Assembly: GCF_016432865.1 (NCBI RefSeq)
Contig: NC_067399.1
Coordinates: forward strand, 621,860,001-621,924,000
Source: Antechinus flavipes
Taxonomy: Eukaryota
Direction: 5' to 3'
DNA: 64,000 bases
Positions 49,801-63,099 of the stretch are shown piece after piece; within the stretch, counting starts at the first letter, position 1; every line of letters begins with the position of its first letter. Position numbers and translations under genes: made by a program. The notes beneath the pieces are model-generated. The model made no database searches, was not told where the DNA came from, and was given only the letters and a program-made list of their open reading frames with translations.

Positions 49801-52800
49801 TAAAGAAACTTCACAGATCTGGGTGAGGGGGATAAACATCCTCAGCTGCTGCATCTGGCCTGCAAGCCTTAGTTTGAGGACTCCCATGGATGATCCACTC
49901 TGGTTTTTCCTTTTATTTCCCAATGCCTTGACATGGCATTCTTCTTAGATTTTTATTGAACCAGTTGTGGGGGAATCTAGACTATACTGTTTGTTGCTTC
50001 CTATTCTGCCATCTTGACTTGGTCAAACTTAGATGCTGTTTCCTCCATAAAACCTTCCCTGATCCCCTTGCTAATTGTGATCTGTCCCTCCTTAAGTGAC
50101 AAAAGAGATACTATATTTCTTACTTAGGCACTTGTGCATTCTGACCAGTGTTATTTGCATCTTATTCCCAATTGCATCTAGTAGTTATGCTTCACACAAG
50201 GCAAATTCCGGTCCTGATACATTTCTTCTAAGACATGTCCTCTGATTGTCCCAGAGGACTCCTGATCTGTCCCAACTCTTACTTGTTTTTACTACTCTAA
50301 CCTTTCCCTTCCCCCAATTAGATTGTATGATAACAGGGCAAAGATTGCATTGTTTTTCATTCATTTATCTCTAGAATCTACATGTTTTGAATTAAATTCT
50401 ATGACCCACAAAAAATGATAGTCTAGAGGTTGACTTTCTCACTATGATAATGCTTCCAGCTCACAGTAGGAGTATGTCTGAAACAATTTAGAAATGAAAT
50501 TACCCAGTTTGATTACCTTCATCACCAAAGTTGGTGCTTCCTTATTTAGGGACATCTAAAAATTAAATTCATGCTTAGAATATTAGTGACTCTAGGAGTG
50601 TCATATCAAAAAGTTTTTGGATCTGAAGGTGATTACCAAATAGAGTTAATTCCCCAAATATTTAAACCATGGCAGCCTAATTGGAGCATGTTGTGGCCAG
50701 CTAGTGCCAGCCAACGTCAATTCTTGTGGAGGACCAGTTTTACTCTGTCAGGCTCCCTGAAATGCCCGTCTCCTTATTTTATAGCCACCCTCACATGCTT
50801 TAATGTGAGCCTGTTATCAGACTGCTTCCCCTTCCAGAAGTATGCATGCTTTTACAGTTTTCTCTCATTGTGAGTGAAAGGAAGGCACCATTCTCCATTA
50901 CTGCAATTTTAGGCATTAATGAGCATTTGGGAGAACGCGGGAGAACTTTGGTGATGTTCCTGAGTTCACATCTTGTAGTGGCCATTTATTCTGGCTGGGA
51001 GTCCAGCTAGTCCTGCCCTTGTCTTCCTTAGCCCTTCTCTTCCTGGCCCCCACACATCCTTGGGGTAGGAGTTAGAGGGCTGTCTCCTGCCTTCTATCCC
51101 CAGTTCCCAGCCTGGCTTTTTGCTTTCTGCTTCACTCTGTAGACTACCTCCAGATCTCCAGGATCTTTTTCCTCCTCTCTGCCCTCTCTGCCTTCATTCT
51201 CCTCGGCTGGGTCCTCAACTCCTGCCGGCATGGGAAAGAGCCCACTGCTCATTTGGATCGAGAGGTAGCCATCCTCTCTTTGATTTCAGGTACAGACCCA
51301 TGCCAGCGGGCTAAGCCTCTGGTGAAACTGTGAAGTCCTCAGTGAATTTTGGCCCTTTTTTCTGTGCCCCTCTTTTCCACAACTGCCTTTTCTAGGTCCC
51401 AGGCCCCCCTAACAACCTCATTCACAAATTATTTAGGCCTGGCTCAGAGCGGAAGGCACTGGAATGGCAAAATAGGATTCTGGGGAGGACAATGTTCCTT
51501 CCAAAAAAAATGAAATTTTAATGGTGAAATCTCAGACTCCAGGTAGCCATTTCTGGTCATAGTGCAGGCAGGAAAGTTTCCTGGAGATAATAAATGTAAA
51601 AGAAGAAGCACTGGGCTATGTTGTAGTTGCAACTTTGCTGTAAATAACCCAGGCAAGTCCCTTAGCTCCTCCTGACCTCAGTTTTGAATGTTGATCTAGA
51701 TAATTTCTCTGGTCCCTCCCTGCACTGACAATCCATAAATTCTATGATGCCAGAGATTTGCCCTGCCCCATTATAAGAATCCCTTCCATCTGTAAAATGT
51801 TTTAACTCCACAAATCTCTTTAAAAGAGACAAACCATGAGACAAGGAGAGCAGATGCTGCTGCCCTCAGGTCGGAGCTGGGGAAGGGAAGTCTAAAAAGA
51901 ACAGATGACTTATCCAAGGTTGCACAGCCAGTATATTGCAGAGAACTGGCCTTGGCTCCCAGACCTGGTCATCTCCAAGTCCATTGCCATTGCCATGCCT
52001 TCTGGTCCCCTTGGGTTTCTCCACATAGCCAACCCCAAAGCACGGGGCACAGACATTGGGCTGGGGGTGGGAGGACAGGAAGAAGGGGTGAGAGATGGCC
52101 AGACAGTAGCTCCAAAGGATAATCCTTGTGCTCTCCTTCCAGGAACCAGTCTGTTTTTCTGCCTTGTGCTTTTTCTGATGCAAGTCAAAAAGTATACTAC
52201 CTACAAGATGGGGTCATCTTACCTGTGGATCTTCCACTTCAATTGGTGGGGTAGCTTCTTCTACATAGTGGCTGGTGAGTTAAAGCTGAAGCGAAGGGGC
52301 AAAGGGAAAGCAAAGGGAAACCCTTCTGGGGAGGGTTAGCACGCAGTGGCAGTCTGGGAGGTCACTGCCTTAGAGGCAAAGCATCCTGGCCTTAGCACGG
52401 GCACCTTGGTGACTTTCTGGCCCTCAGTTTCCTCCTTGTTCAGATGAAAGGGATGCACTAGATGCTTAACCCTATATCCCCTGTCCTGAGGGATAGTCTT
52501 GCTCTGGGTCTCCCCTGTGCAGGGAGAAAAAAATTCTGTGATTCTCAAGTCCTTTGTATCATGTTAATAAATGATCCTTTACAAAAAACAGGTATAGATT
52601 CCAAATGACCATTTTATATAAGAGGAAACAGAATTTCAGCAGAGTTCAACAGAGTTTATCAGTATTTCATCTTTAGATCCTGCAAATTGGGCACATAATT
52701 CTCAGAAATGAAAAAAAAATCATGGCAACAAAGCAGTCCAGAGGTCCTGTGAAGTCCCTTTACTTCACCTATAACTAATATTGAATGCAACCCACCACTT

Positions 52801-53070
52801 GAACCTTGCACTGACTTTTCTCTCTCTCTCTCTTTTATAGGAGTCATCTCCTTCTTTAACTACAAAACCTTTGGGGTTTTGCCCTCTGACACAGATGCCA
52901 ATGAAATTCTCTTAACAAGGAGAAGATTAGGGATTAATCCAAAGATGTGGCCAACATCAGCAAGAGAAGAGGAAGAGCCAGAATCCGAGATGGTTGTGGA
53001 CCCAATAGTGGAACTAGAGTCCATAGTACCCTCTTTGGATAATAAGGATGCCACAAAGCCACCAAAATAA
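44687..53070 (+). CDS. TMEM202: Transmembrane protein 202 (claudin/PMP22-like 4-TM), whole gene; 5 exons, 870 nt, about 289 aa
   Basis: Exons 105,256,147,132,230 nt join in frame. LTFH, HLYIRT, KNGLEL.AGLWTLC.H.LCWSH.P.PP, YYLQ.SR.FFL and G.IS.FNY match recalled human TMEM202. Divergent from HEXA as in human. Start codon choice (44687 vs 44720) is uncertain. Confidence 0.93.
45113..45368 (+). CDS. TMEM202: TMEM202 exon 2 (PVLPAQN...HLYIRTCC...LWTLCEHHLCWSHVPSPP)
   Basis: ccacag acceptor, gtgagt donor; 256 nt. Confidence 0.95.
45905..47900 (-). mobile_element. Cluster of old L1 fragments with a SINE (about 47525-47670) and a CA/TACA microsatellite
   Basis: T-rich L1-like text; SINE core gggttaagtaacttgcctgaggtcac; bounds approximate. 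Confidence 0.55.
49695..49886 (+). mobile_element. OC1 (OposCharlie1)-type non-autonomous hAT MITE, about 190 bp
   Basis: TIRs c(c)ggggtcctcaaact / agtttgaggactcc; subterminal gggccagttcactgtccctca..ctgttggagggccagactatag and gcatctggcctgcaagccttag match recalled OC1 ends with CpG decay; 8-bp TSD not evident. Confidence 0.78.
51143..51289 (+). CDS. TMEM202: TMEM202 exon 3 (YYLQISRIFFLLSALSAFILLGWVLNSCRHGKEPTAHLDREVAILSLIS)
   Basis: ctgtag acceptor, gtacag donor; 147 nt. Confidence 0.92.
52143..52274 (+). CDS. TMEM202: TMEM202 exon 4 (GTSLFFCLVLFLMQVKKYTTYKMGSSYLWIFHFNWWGSFFYIVA)
   Basis: ttccag acceptor, gtgagt donor; 132 nt. Confidence 0.93.
52841..53070 (+). CDS. TMEM202: TMEM202 exon 5 (GVISFFNYKTFGVLPSD...KPPK*)
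   Basis: Long pyrimidine tract plus tatag acceptor; TAA at 53068-53070, overlapped by AATAAA (53066-53071). Confidence 0.88.
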
Positions 53071-56000
53071 ATAGGGATAGGAAAATACAATTCTAGTTTA
53101 CCTTAGAGATAGGACGTAAGGGTGGGGGAATTGGGGCCAAGATATGAGAGATACTCTATTTCCTTTACAACTGGGGCTGTTTGGAAGGATGATTGTATTA
53201 GAAATAACTCCAAGGTCACAAAGAAAGATCCTGCCCTAGATTGTAACCCACTGAAAAAGATAACATTAATGTTTATGAAATAGCATTTGTATTGCCTAAG
53301 GTAACTATAATTTATTGGTCACAAAGCAAATTATTAGAGCAAAGATTATCCCAAAGATAAAATGTTCAGGGCCATGAATAGTGGAGACTGGTAATAGATA
53401 TGGCATGAGCACCAAGAAATTTCAAGAGATGCTAATGGTCATAATATAGCTTGGATGCGGAGGAAGAGTATGTAGTATGGTTGGCTGGGAATACTTGTTT
53501 CTTCCTAGTGGTCCTCAGAGGCAGAGTTCATTTTAGGGAGACAGAAAAGTATAGTCCTAGGATCCCAGCTAAGTAAGGTTAGTTCTCATCTTCTTTTATG
53601 ACTTTTTAAATATTAAATTTAAAAAAAATTTTTAAATACCAAAACAAAAATAAAATGATGTGACTTTCTGAATTTCTAGCACATAAAAATAAGATCTCAT
53701 GTGAAAAATTGAATCTTCTTCTGTGACTATGGACAAAACACTTAATATTTTAGATCCCTCAAAGAAAATGAGATTGATCTCTACCCTCTTTCAATTAAGC
53801 AGTCTTTTATGAAGGGCCTATTATGTATAACATAACCAACCCTGGAGAGAGGGGAAGAATATTGATTATAAAAGACTTGAGATTTCTTGCTATTTGTATT
53901 ATAGGAAGTCTTTCATTGTGGAGCTGTGGTTTATGATTTTCTGGTTTTCCATTTTTAATCTTGCATGGAGCCTCCACCCAGAAGGGAAGTTTGTTGGGGG
54001 CCATGTTCTGAACTTGTTCACTCTTTGCTGCCTTTGACCATGTTTCTGCCAGCTGAGCAGATCTACCCATATAACAGGAACATCTGCAAAAATATACTGC
54101 ACAGATTTAATCTATCTTGGAGCAGTGTATTCACATATTTTCCTACCCCTATCCACACATACCTCCACACATCTGATCTTGGAACCTGCCAGACTTAGGG
54201 GCAATTGTGACAGCTGAGAGTTGCTGACAGCCATCCAGTTCCAGCTCTCAATAGTTAACAATCACAGGGGGAATCAGTGTGCAAATAAATGTATTCATAT
54301 GAGATACATACAGAGAGATCGAAGGTAATCTAAAAGAGAAAAGAGGAAACTCGGTATGATTTCTTCAGAAGATAGGATTCGATCTCAATTCTGAAGGAGT
54401 CCTTTCTCTAAACTTCATAGATGTGTGTGAGCTCAAACAGCACTTAGGATCATAGATAAGATCCTATCACCTTTATTACACTACTGTGGGTAACTGGGAA
54501 ACAGTCCAGTTCTATATATGGTTCACTCCTCAACCAACTCTTGGGCTTAAAAGATCTCTAAGATAGACTTGGAAATGGGGAAAACAGGTAATAACTTGTT
54601 TCCCACAAGCCACAATAATGAGATCCACCTCTCAAGTGCCAAAGTCAGGAATTTTCCCAACAAAAAGGGAAAGCTGTGAAGACATCTCTGGACCTGCTGT
54701 CCCATCACTTCAATCTGGCCAATTGGATAATTGTCACATCTTACCTAGTTGTCCTGAAAACTTGGTTAGCTGTAGAACATACTCTTGAAATACATGTTGC
54801 TGGGAATAGATTTCCTTCTTTCCTCTTTCCCTACTGCATACACTTGAGTTAAACAGTCATTCTGAGTCTTTTGTAGTGAAATGTAGGAATTCACCTAGAG
54901 TCTTCACTGCAGCAAGTGGACCTAATTTAGAAGACAAAACATACAAGTAAATATAAATTCCATAAAATAATTTTAAGAGGGAGTGAACATTAACAAGGCT
55001 GATAGGGAAAGGTTGCCAGCAGACTTAGCACTGAGCTGTACTTTGTAGGAAGGTGGGATTCTAAGAAGGCAATAAGGAGGGAGTGCATCTAGACAGACAG
55101 ATTTGTGCCAAGTCACAGAAACTCAAGGTAGAATGTCATATACAGAGAAATAGTGAGTTGGATTAAAACCGAGAGTGTGTGAAAGAGAATAACATGGAAT
55201 AAAAGGGGAAAGATAAATGAGAACTATATCATAGAAGGATTTAAATGCTATGCTGAAGATTTTGTACTTTATAGGTAACAGTAAGCCACTGAAGACTTTA
55301 GGGGAGTGACATTCATCTTATCCTGTATTTGTCTAGGTTAAAGTAGAACAAATGAGGTCATCCCTGATATTCAGATGCTTCCAAATCACCTACTCAAACA
55401 TATCTAAGATTGTAAAAGTTTTTTCCTTCCTCCTGAATTTGGTAAATCAAGAGAAATAGACCTATTTTTCTCTACTGGATCTGGGAAAGCATTCTGGAGT
55501 AATTTAAATAACGATGCCGACAAATTTTGAGAAATTGGCATGTTTTTTCATGCTTCTGGATCAGTAGAAAGTGATCATATAGGGAAGAAACATCATTCAA
55601 GATCTAGGCTAAAGAGGTATCGGAAATGTTAAAGAGAGGATTTTTATTCAAGTATGGGTTGGACTAGATGGTCCTTGAGATTCCCCTTGTTTTGGGTTGA
55701 GTCTCAATCTGGTAATTTAGAATTAATATTAGAACAAAAATGGATCAACAGTTAACAAAAAAACAGATTTAGCAGCAGACTATTCAAGATAGCCACTGAG
55801 GACACCTGAATTCGATTCAGCTTAATTAAGCTTTCTTATCTGCATTCAGACCATAATCTACCAGTCAAACCTTAGAGATGACCTACTCCAAGTCCTCTTA
55901 TTTTTTCCTACTGCTCCTGATTTTGCACCACCATCATATCCTTCTATTATTTACCCTCTCCCACGAGGGGAGTGGAGAAGGCATATGCTTCAAATTCTCC

Positions 56001-57765
56001 AAAGCCATTGGTCAGAGCATGGGATGCCATTTTATAGTCTGCCTTATCCATTCATTAACTTTTCACTGCCTCTTAGGTTTTCTTTCTCTTTTTCAGGACA
56101 CTAGACCAACTTCCCTGTCAAATAATCACTTCATATCTAATCAGACACAAAAAAGCTGCTACAGAAAGTCCTAGATTTTATTATTTTTCTTCTATGCCCT
56201 GTAGATACTGTCATCCTCTGAGACAAACTGAGGAATACCCACACGTCCACTGAATAAAACATCTCTTTAGCAGAAGGAACAGAAGGGAAACACTCACTGA
56301 ATTGATAATATGCCATTTATGGGGATAGAGAGAAAAACTCTGATTCATTTTATCCCTATTGGGCAGAGGATTAAGAAGAGGGGTCCAAGGGTCACATTAA
56401 TAAAGAATCAGGACTGAGTTGTGCAGCCAGAATAAAATGAATCTATCTTTCACTGGAAAGGGAGGAGAAAAAAAAGGGCTTTAAACTAGAGTTATTTCTT
56501 CAGTCCTGGGAATTCACTTGACTTTTATAGAGATAACATCAGTGGAAAGTCAGGGTCATGTCTGATGCTTAGAGGCAGATGTTGCCAAGAAACAAATGAG
56601 AGGATTGTCAATAAAAAAACTATTTAGGATCCAATCCAGAGGAAGCTAAAAAAATTTTGGCTGTTCTTAAAACATGCATGTTTCTGCGTGACATTGCAGC
56701 AAATTGAGAGAATTCTTTGCTGTTATTGTCTTTTACTAGATCCTTGCAGTCTGACTCCAAGCCCTAGAGAATGCAGGTTTTTATCCTGCTTTTGCTCTCC
56801 ACAGATTTCTGTCTCTAGACCTTCAGCTCCATAACCCATATCCTAGCTACAGATGTTATCCAATTTATATGATGCTTTGGACTTTTATCAGAATGGGAAC
56901 TTTGTGGTTGTGTCATTCCACAATCACAGAACTGGAGAACTGAAAGGAACCTCGGTGGCCATCTAATACACAATCTGATACACAAAAAGAATCTCACTAT
57001 AACAGAATTGGTCAAATGCTTGTCCAGCTTCTTTTGGAAGACCTCTGAGGAGGGATCACTGGTCACTTTTCAAGATCTCCCCATTCACTTGGTTAGCTCT
57101 GGTTGTTAGAAAGCTTTTCAAGGCTAAATTGCCTTTTTTCAATCCACTCACTGCAGCTGGTTTTGATCTCTGGGATGAAAGAACGCACGTGATACTTCTT
57201 CTACTTTCTGTCCTCTTTCAAAACAAGTAGGCTTCCACCATCGAAACCCATCCAATTATAGCTCTGGTCACTGCATTAGAATGGCAGGAATCCCAGCGTG
57301 GGAATTTGATTTTTGATTGCATATTGCAACATATCTATATAGGTCTTTCCATATAGGTATATAGATCACAGAGTATTGACGAACATAGAAATTAAGTGAC
57401 TTTCCTGGAGTTGCCTAGTTAGTAAGGATTGATGATAGGATTTGACCCATGGTCTTTTTGACTCCATGCCCAGGACATTATCCACTGTGCCATGTTGCTT
57501 TTGGTCATGACATGGGAGTAACTCCTATTATCACTTCCTGCACATAAAAGTCTGAAGCATCATATAAATTAGGTAACATCTGTAGCTAGTAGTAATGGAC
57601 TTTGACTCCTATATCTGATACAAGGTTATATTGTGTTCTAAGTTCATGAAATAACTATACATACACATATATCTTATTGAATCATCATAACACAGTGTAT
57701 ACTATTCCTAATACATTAAGAAGGACAATGACAATGATATGAAGAACAGAAGACCAGTTTTCATC

Positions 57766-57799
57766 CCCCTATTTCATGTTGTTGTTCATGAAATAGGGG
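57766..57799. repeat. Perfect inverted repeat, 13-bp arms, 8-nt loop
   Basis: cccctatttcatg-ttgttgtt-catgaaatagggg. Confidence 0.9.
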
Positions 57800-58404
57800 C
57801 ATCATAATGTAATTTTTGTGCCTAGAAATGTTTCATTACTTGTAGTCATAATCATTTATATATTTACATATTTTCTTTTCAGGCTGGGTTATATTTAAAA
57901 TTGATTTTTCAAACTGTATCTCATTTAATTCTTGTAATAATCCTGTGAGGATCAAGGTAAAGTGGGAATTATTATCCCTGTTCCACAGATGGGGAAGATT
58001 GAAGCCCAGGAAATATGATGGGTATGCTCAGAGTTTGGATGCTTGGGCAATGTGATTATTCTGTTGCTCAGATAGCATTATGTGCAGTGATCCCAAAAAG
58101 GGAATAAACTCTGGAAATAATCTTGGATCATTTCTGTATCATATTACTGAAACATTGAGTCCTTCAAGATTTATGGAGTACAGTAAGTACTTTGATAATT
58201 GTACTACGTAGAAGGAAAAAAGATGAGCCTTAAAAGAGAGGTGGGGAGATAGTATGGCATGAGCCTTGGACTGGGCATTTGGAAACCCATTTTTTAGGTC
58301 CCATTTTTCCAGGGAGATTCCACATCACTCCAGTTCTCACTGATCTCCCTCTTCTCTGGATTCTGAACTTGTTTTGGCAATCTAGGAAAATCTATGGATC
58401 CAGA

Positions 58405-58595
58405 TGCATGAGGAGACCCTGGCCTTTAGTGGTCCTGATCAATATCTTGCCACTAGACCTGGATGGCTGCAAAGTAGAAAGTGAGACTGGTGACTTTGCA
58501 CAGACCTCCCTCACTTAAATCAAATTCACTTGCAAATCATGACACAACTTTCCTGAAGTCATGGTTCTCTTTGAGAATGGAGGACAAACACAACA
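58405..58595. mobile_element. Marsupial interspersed repeat (MdoRep1-like)
   Basis: ctccctcacttaaatcaaattcacttgc...ctctttgagaatggaggacaaaca matches a recalled common marsupial repeat. Confidence 0.5.
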
Positions 58596-60019
58596 ATGGA
58601 TCCATTCTCAAAATGATATTTTTAGATACACAAAATATGTAGACTTGTAAATGAAATCAATTACTTGAAATGCAGTTATCAAAATATTGGGAAAAACAAC
58701 AATCCCAAAACCAAGTTTTCATACTCTAGATTAAAAACTCCTGACATAGGCCAGATACCTGATTTGACTGATGAGGAGATTGATATCAAGAGAATTGAAG
58801 TGACTTCCCAGATATACTAATCTGGATATATTTGTGTGTATGTATATATATATATAGTGATATAGTTTGTAGCCCAGCATTAGGAGCTGGTTATTTGAGA
58901 ACTGTTTCTTGTTGACCAGTTCCTAAAGAGGAGGTATTTTTGTGTCCTTAGAATGGCCACATCATTTTGATCAGTCTCTAGAGAGATTATCTTATTGATC
59001 TTTGGAAAGTTGGTACTTTATTGGTCTGTCTCTGCAGTCTTGGGCCTGGTACAGCAAGGTTTTTCTGGGGGGCATTGTTTGCAGTTTGTAATGTCTTAAA
59101 AAATAAAACACTCCTCCTCCAAACCCATTTTTGGAATCATAAAAAAGTTTAAAAATATTACAGCACTTAAAGAAAGAAAACAGGTATTGTTCTAGGATTT
59201 ATTAATTACCATTGAAATCCAAATAAGAAGATTGAAGTGTAAACAAAAAAGATACTCATATTGCTCTATGCTTATAAGATAGAGTCCAGAGATGATAGCA
59301 CATTTTGTTTCTGTTCCTAGAATGGCTGAGAATGAGGGATCTCTTTAGGGTCTCCAAGAGGCAGAAGTGCTAAAGGTGATAGGTTATTGTGGAACCAGTA
59401 GGTTGAGGCCTTGCAAATGCAAGCTGCCTAAGTCAAGGAGAGCTCTTATAGGATGAAAACAGATCAGGAGTGGGAATCAGGCCATTTGGTTACCACATTT
59501 ACCTCCTGGGTGAGATACATAGACCTGGACTCAAAAAAATAAACAATCTCCATTCTGAAAAAAGATATACAAAAGATTAACATAGAAAGAGGCATGTAAG
59601 GCTGAAAAGAAAAAAAAAAGATGAAAAATACAACCATGATATAAAATTTAAAATGAATTATATTATGACAACTATAAAACTGAAGAGAAGGAATATGAGA
59701 ATAGTGAACAAAAAATAAAAGAATCTTTATCAATAAAGTTATTTCATATTGAGATTAAACTCTAAAATAAAGCTATTTCCAAGTACAGATTTTGAATGAA
59801 TTCACCAAAGTGGTTTTGGTTTTCAGACCTATTCTGGCCTTCCTTCTAATTTTACTTTTAGCTCCCATTTCACTTTACAGAAAATACAATTTGCAGATTT
59901 CTTTGCCATTTTCTGTCTAGCCTTGAGTTCTGTGTTTGTAGATGGTCCAGCTCTCACTCTTGACTCTCTTTTCTTCATTACTCTTTTGTTCCCTTTCTTA
60001 CTCCACCTCCCTACTAAAC

Positions 60020-60860
60020 AATACTTTATTTTTTCCAATTACATATAAAGATAGTTTTCAGTATTCATTTTTGTAAGATTTTGAATTCCAACTTTTTTCC
60101 CTTTCTTCTCCTCTCCCCATGACAGCAAGTAATCTGATAGAGGTTATACATATAAAATCCTTTTAAACATAATTCCACATTGATGAATGTTGTGAAAGAC
60201 GAATAAGAACAAAAAGGAAAAACCAAAAGAAAAGAAAAGAAAAAAACAACAAATAAAGTGAAAATAGTACGCTACAATCTTCATTCAGACTCCATAGTTC
60301 TTTCTAATGGATATGGATAGCAATTTCCATTCACAAATCTTTGGAACTGTCTTGGGTTATTGTACTGCTCAGATGAGCTAAGTATCAAAGTTGAGCATTA
60401 TACAATGTTGCTCTTACTATGTACAATGTTCTGCTCCCTTCACTTAGCATTGGTTCATGTAAATCTTTCCAGGCTTTCTGAAATCCAACTACTCCTCATT
60501 TCTTTCTTTCTTTCTTTCTTTCTTTTTCTTCCTTCCTTCCTTCCTTCCTCCCTCCCTCCCAGCCTCCCGTCCCGCCCCCCCTTTCTGTTTCTTTGTTTCT
60601 TTCTTCTTTCCTAAGGCAATTGGGATAAGTGACTTGCCCAGAGTCACACAGCTTGCTCATCATTTCTTACAGCACAATTGTATTCTATCACATTCCTCTA
60701 CCACAACTTGTTCAGCCATTCCCCAATTGATGGACATCTTCACAATTTCCAATTCTTTGCTGCCACAAAAAGAACTGCTCTAAATATTTTTGTACATGTA
60801 AGTTCTTTTACCTTTTTTTAATGTTCTTTTTGGGATACTAATAGTGGTATTACTGGTCCA
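60020..60860 (-). mobile_element. Old L1 3' end with internal (TTTC/TTCC)n tract and SINE fragment
   Basis: L1 3'UTR-like text on both sides of 60500-60660. Confidence 0.65.
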
Positions 60861-63099
60861 AAAGGAACTCACTCTTTTTTCCAACCCTCTCCTATGCCCC
60901 TTTCTGCCCCTCCCCACATTCTTTCTTTTACCCCTCCACTAAGACCCTCAGTGGGCAGCCCTTCCTTCCTTCATAGTTCTTTGTGGTGAGACTATCCAGG
61001 ATTAATGTGGGATGGGGACAATGGAAGGAGTTACCATTCTTGTTCCCACTGGCCCATTTTGGGTGTTCCTGGATTGACAAAATAGAAACTTTCATGGCTT
61101 GGGAGAGGAAGATCCATTTTTTTTTTTTTTTTTTTGGTTTCCACTAATATTTCTGATCCCTAAACACTTGAGGATCTCTTAGTCTCTGTGGCCAGATCTT
61201 GCTTAGATAATACCCTAATGAGTGCCTGACAAAGTCTATTTCTTTCATTTTTTTTTCATAAAGCAAAAGATTTAGTTTCAGAAGTCAAAGGCTGTACAAT
61301 GGGTTTCTCTGATTTTCGTTTTTGTCGTATGAAAAACATTTCAATGTCTTGTATCAGGAGGAAAGGTCTTGAGAACTTGTGAATTCAGTGGAATGTGCCT
61401 TTCCCTTGTACAGCTGTGGCTTGTGTTAAGACACCTTCCCACATTGAATAGGTATAGATCTAGGTGTAGATCTCAATGGTTCTGCCAGGGAGGTTTACTA
61501 TTTAGACGAAGCCATCTTTATCAATGAGGACATGGTGAATGGTTGGAATGCAGATATCACAAGACACTTTCTCTAAGTGTTCTAGATATTGTGGCAATCA
61601 GTGAATGAAGAATCTTGTGAAAGGTGGCACTGATGTTACCAGGAAGGTTAAACCAAGAAGTCAACTAGCATTTATTAAGAACCTATTATGTGCCAGGTAC
61701 TGTGCTGAGTTCTGGAGATACTAAGAAAGGCCAAACAATCCAGTTCCTACTTTCAGGGAGCTCACAGTTAAATATGGAGGACAACTCATTACAATATAGT
61801 CAACTTGTCACTCTTTTAATGGCTTTCATCTCTAAAACAGGAGGTAGTACTTACAACTGTTAAAACAGGAGGTGATACCTACAGTTAGATTGATGAAGAG
61901 ACGGGTAGAGCGGTAAATACTGGGCTGAGTTCCCTTCCTTGCTTTCTGTCTACTAGAGAGTGAGCTGCTTGCAGGCTAAAATTGTATGTATGTGTCATCT
62001 TTGTATCCTCTGTACCTCATATAGTGCTTTGCACACATTAAGTGCTTATGAAATGTTTCTTGATGTACAGATTATAACTTCTTCAGGACAGAGAATGTGT
62101 TTGTAACTTGGATTTCTCATTTTGCATGAAATTCTTTTGAGTGATGGAAAGAATACTGAAGTCTCCCTGTATATGAGGGACAGAGTTGGTGAGAGAGCTT
62201 TGGAGAGGAGAGATTTTCTTTATTCTTTCAACTAAAGGAGAGATCCTGACTTCATGCAATGGACACTTTCCCAAAGTTTTTAGGGAGACAATATGGACAT
62301 CAAGGACATACTGAAGAGCTGGCTTCCTCTACATGTGTTCTAAAGGGAGCTGGGACCATTTATCTGTCTGTTGGCCAGTCTGTCTTTGCCTTTCTGCTTG
62401 TCCTATTCTACTCTATTCTATTTTATGTCTTTTCTGTTCAAAACTCTTATGCTAATTCCACCATTCACTATAATGCTGTGTCAACATTCTCTCAACCACT
62501 TAGGAGAATTTTATTTGAGATTTGGTAGGAAAACATGGTTATATCTCTTCAAAATTTTAAATCCTTAGTTCATAGCAGAAGACTATACCTACTAGATACT
62601 TAATAATTGTTTTTTTTTTTTTTGCATTGAATTAAGTGAAGGAATGCCACTTTCTTATTCAAAATCTTTAAGTGTTTCTCTATTACCGCCAAGATAAAAT
62701 GGAATCTGTTTGATCTGACCTACCACGTGGCTCCAACCTGCTTCCCATCTTATTTATGAGTACTCCTTTTCATCTCTGTTCTAGCCAAACTGGACTAGTA
62801 GCAGTTGTCTGAATTTGACCCACCATCTCTATGCACTTGTGCAAGTTTCCAGCCTTCGACAGCACTATGCATTTTTATGGACAAGTCATTTCTCCTTTCT
62901 AAACTCTGAAATGATTATTTTGCAAAATGATAAGATTGAACTAGGTGATCTTAAAAGCTCCTTCCAGCTTTAAGTTCTATGATGTCATGTTTTCCTTCTT
63001 GGGGAACCCTGAAGCCAATGGTCCTCATCACTTTCTACTTGCCTCCTTCAAATTTCTTTGGGGATCTCTGTTTGAAATAGTTTGCTGGGAGGAGGAACC

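Noticed and set aside
53965-54198. ORF containing CWGP, reminiscent of opsin TM6
   Set aside because: Wrong strand for RGR relative to LRIT1 and no other opsin features.
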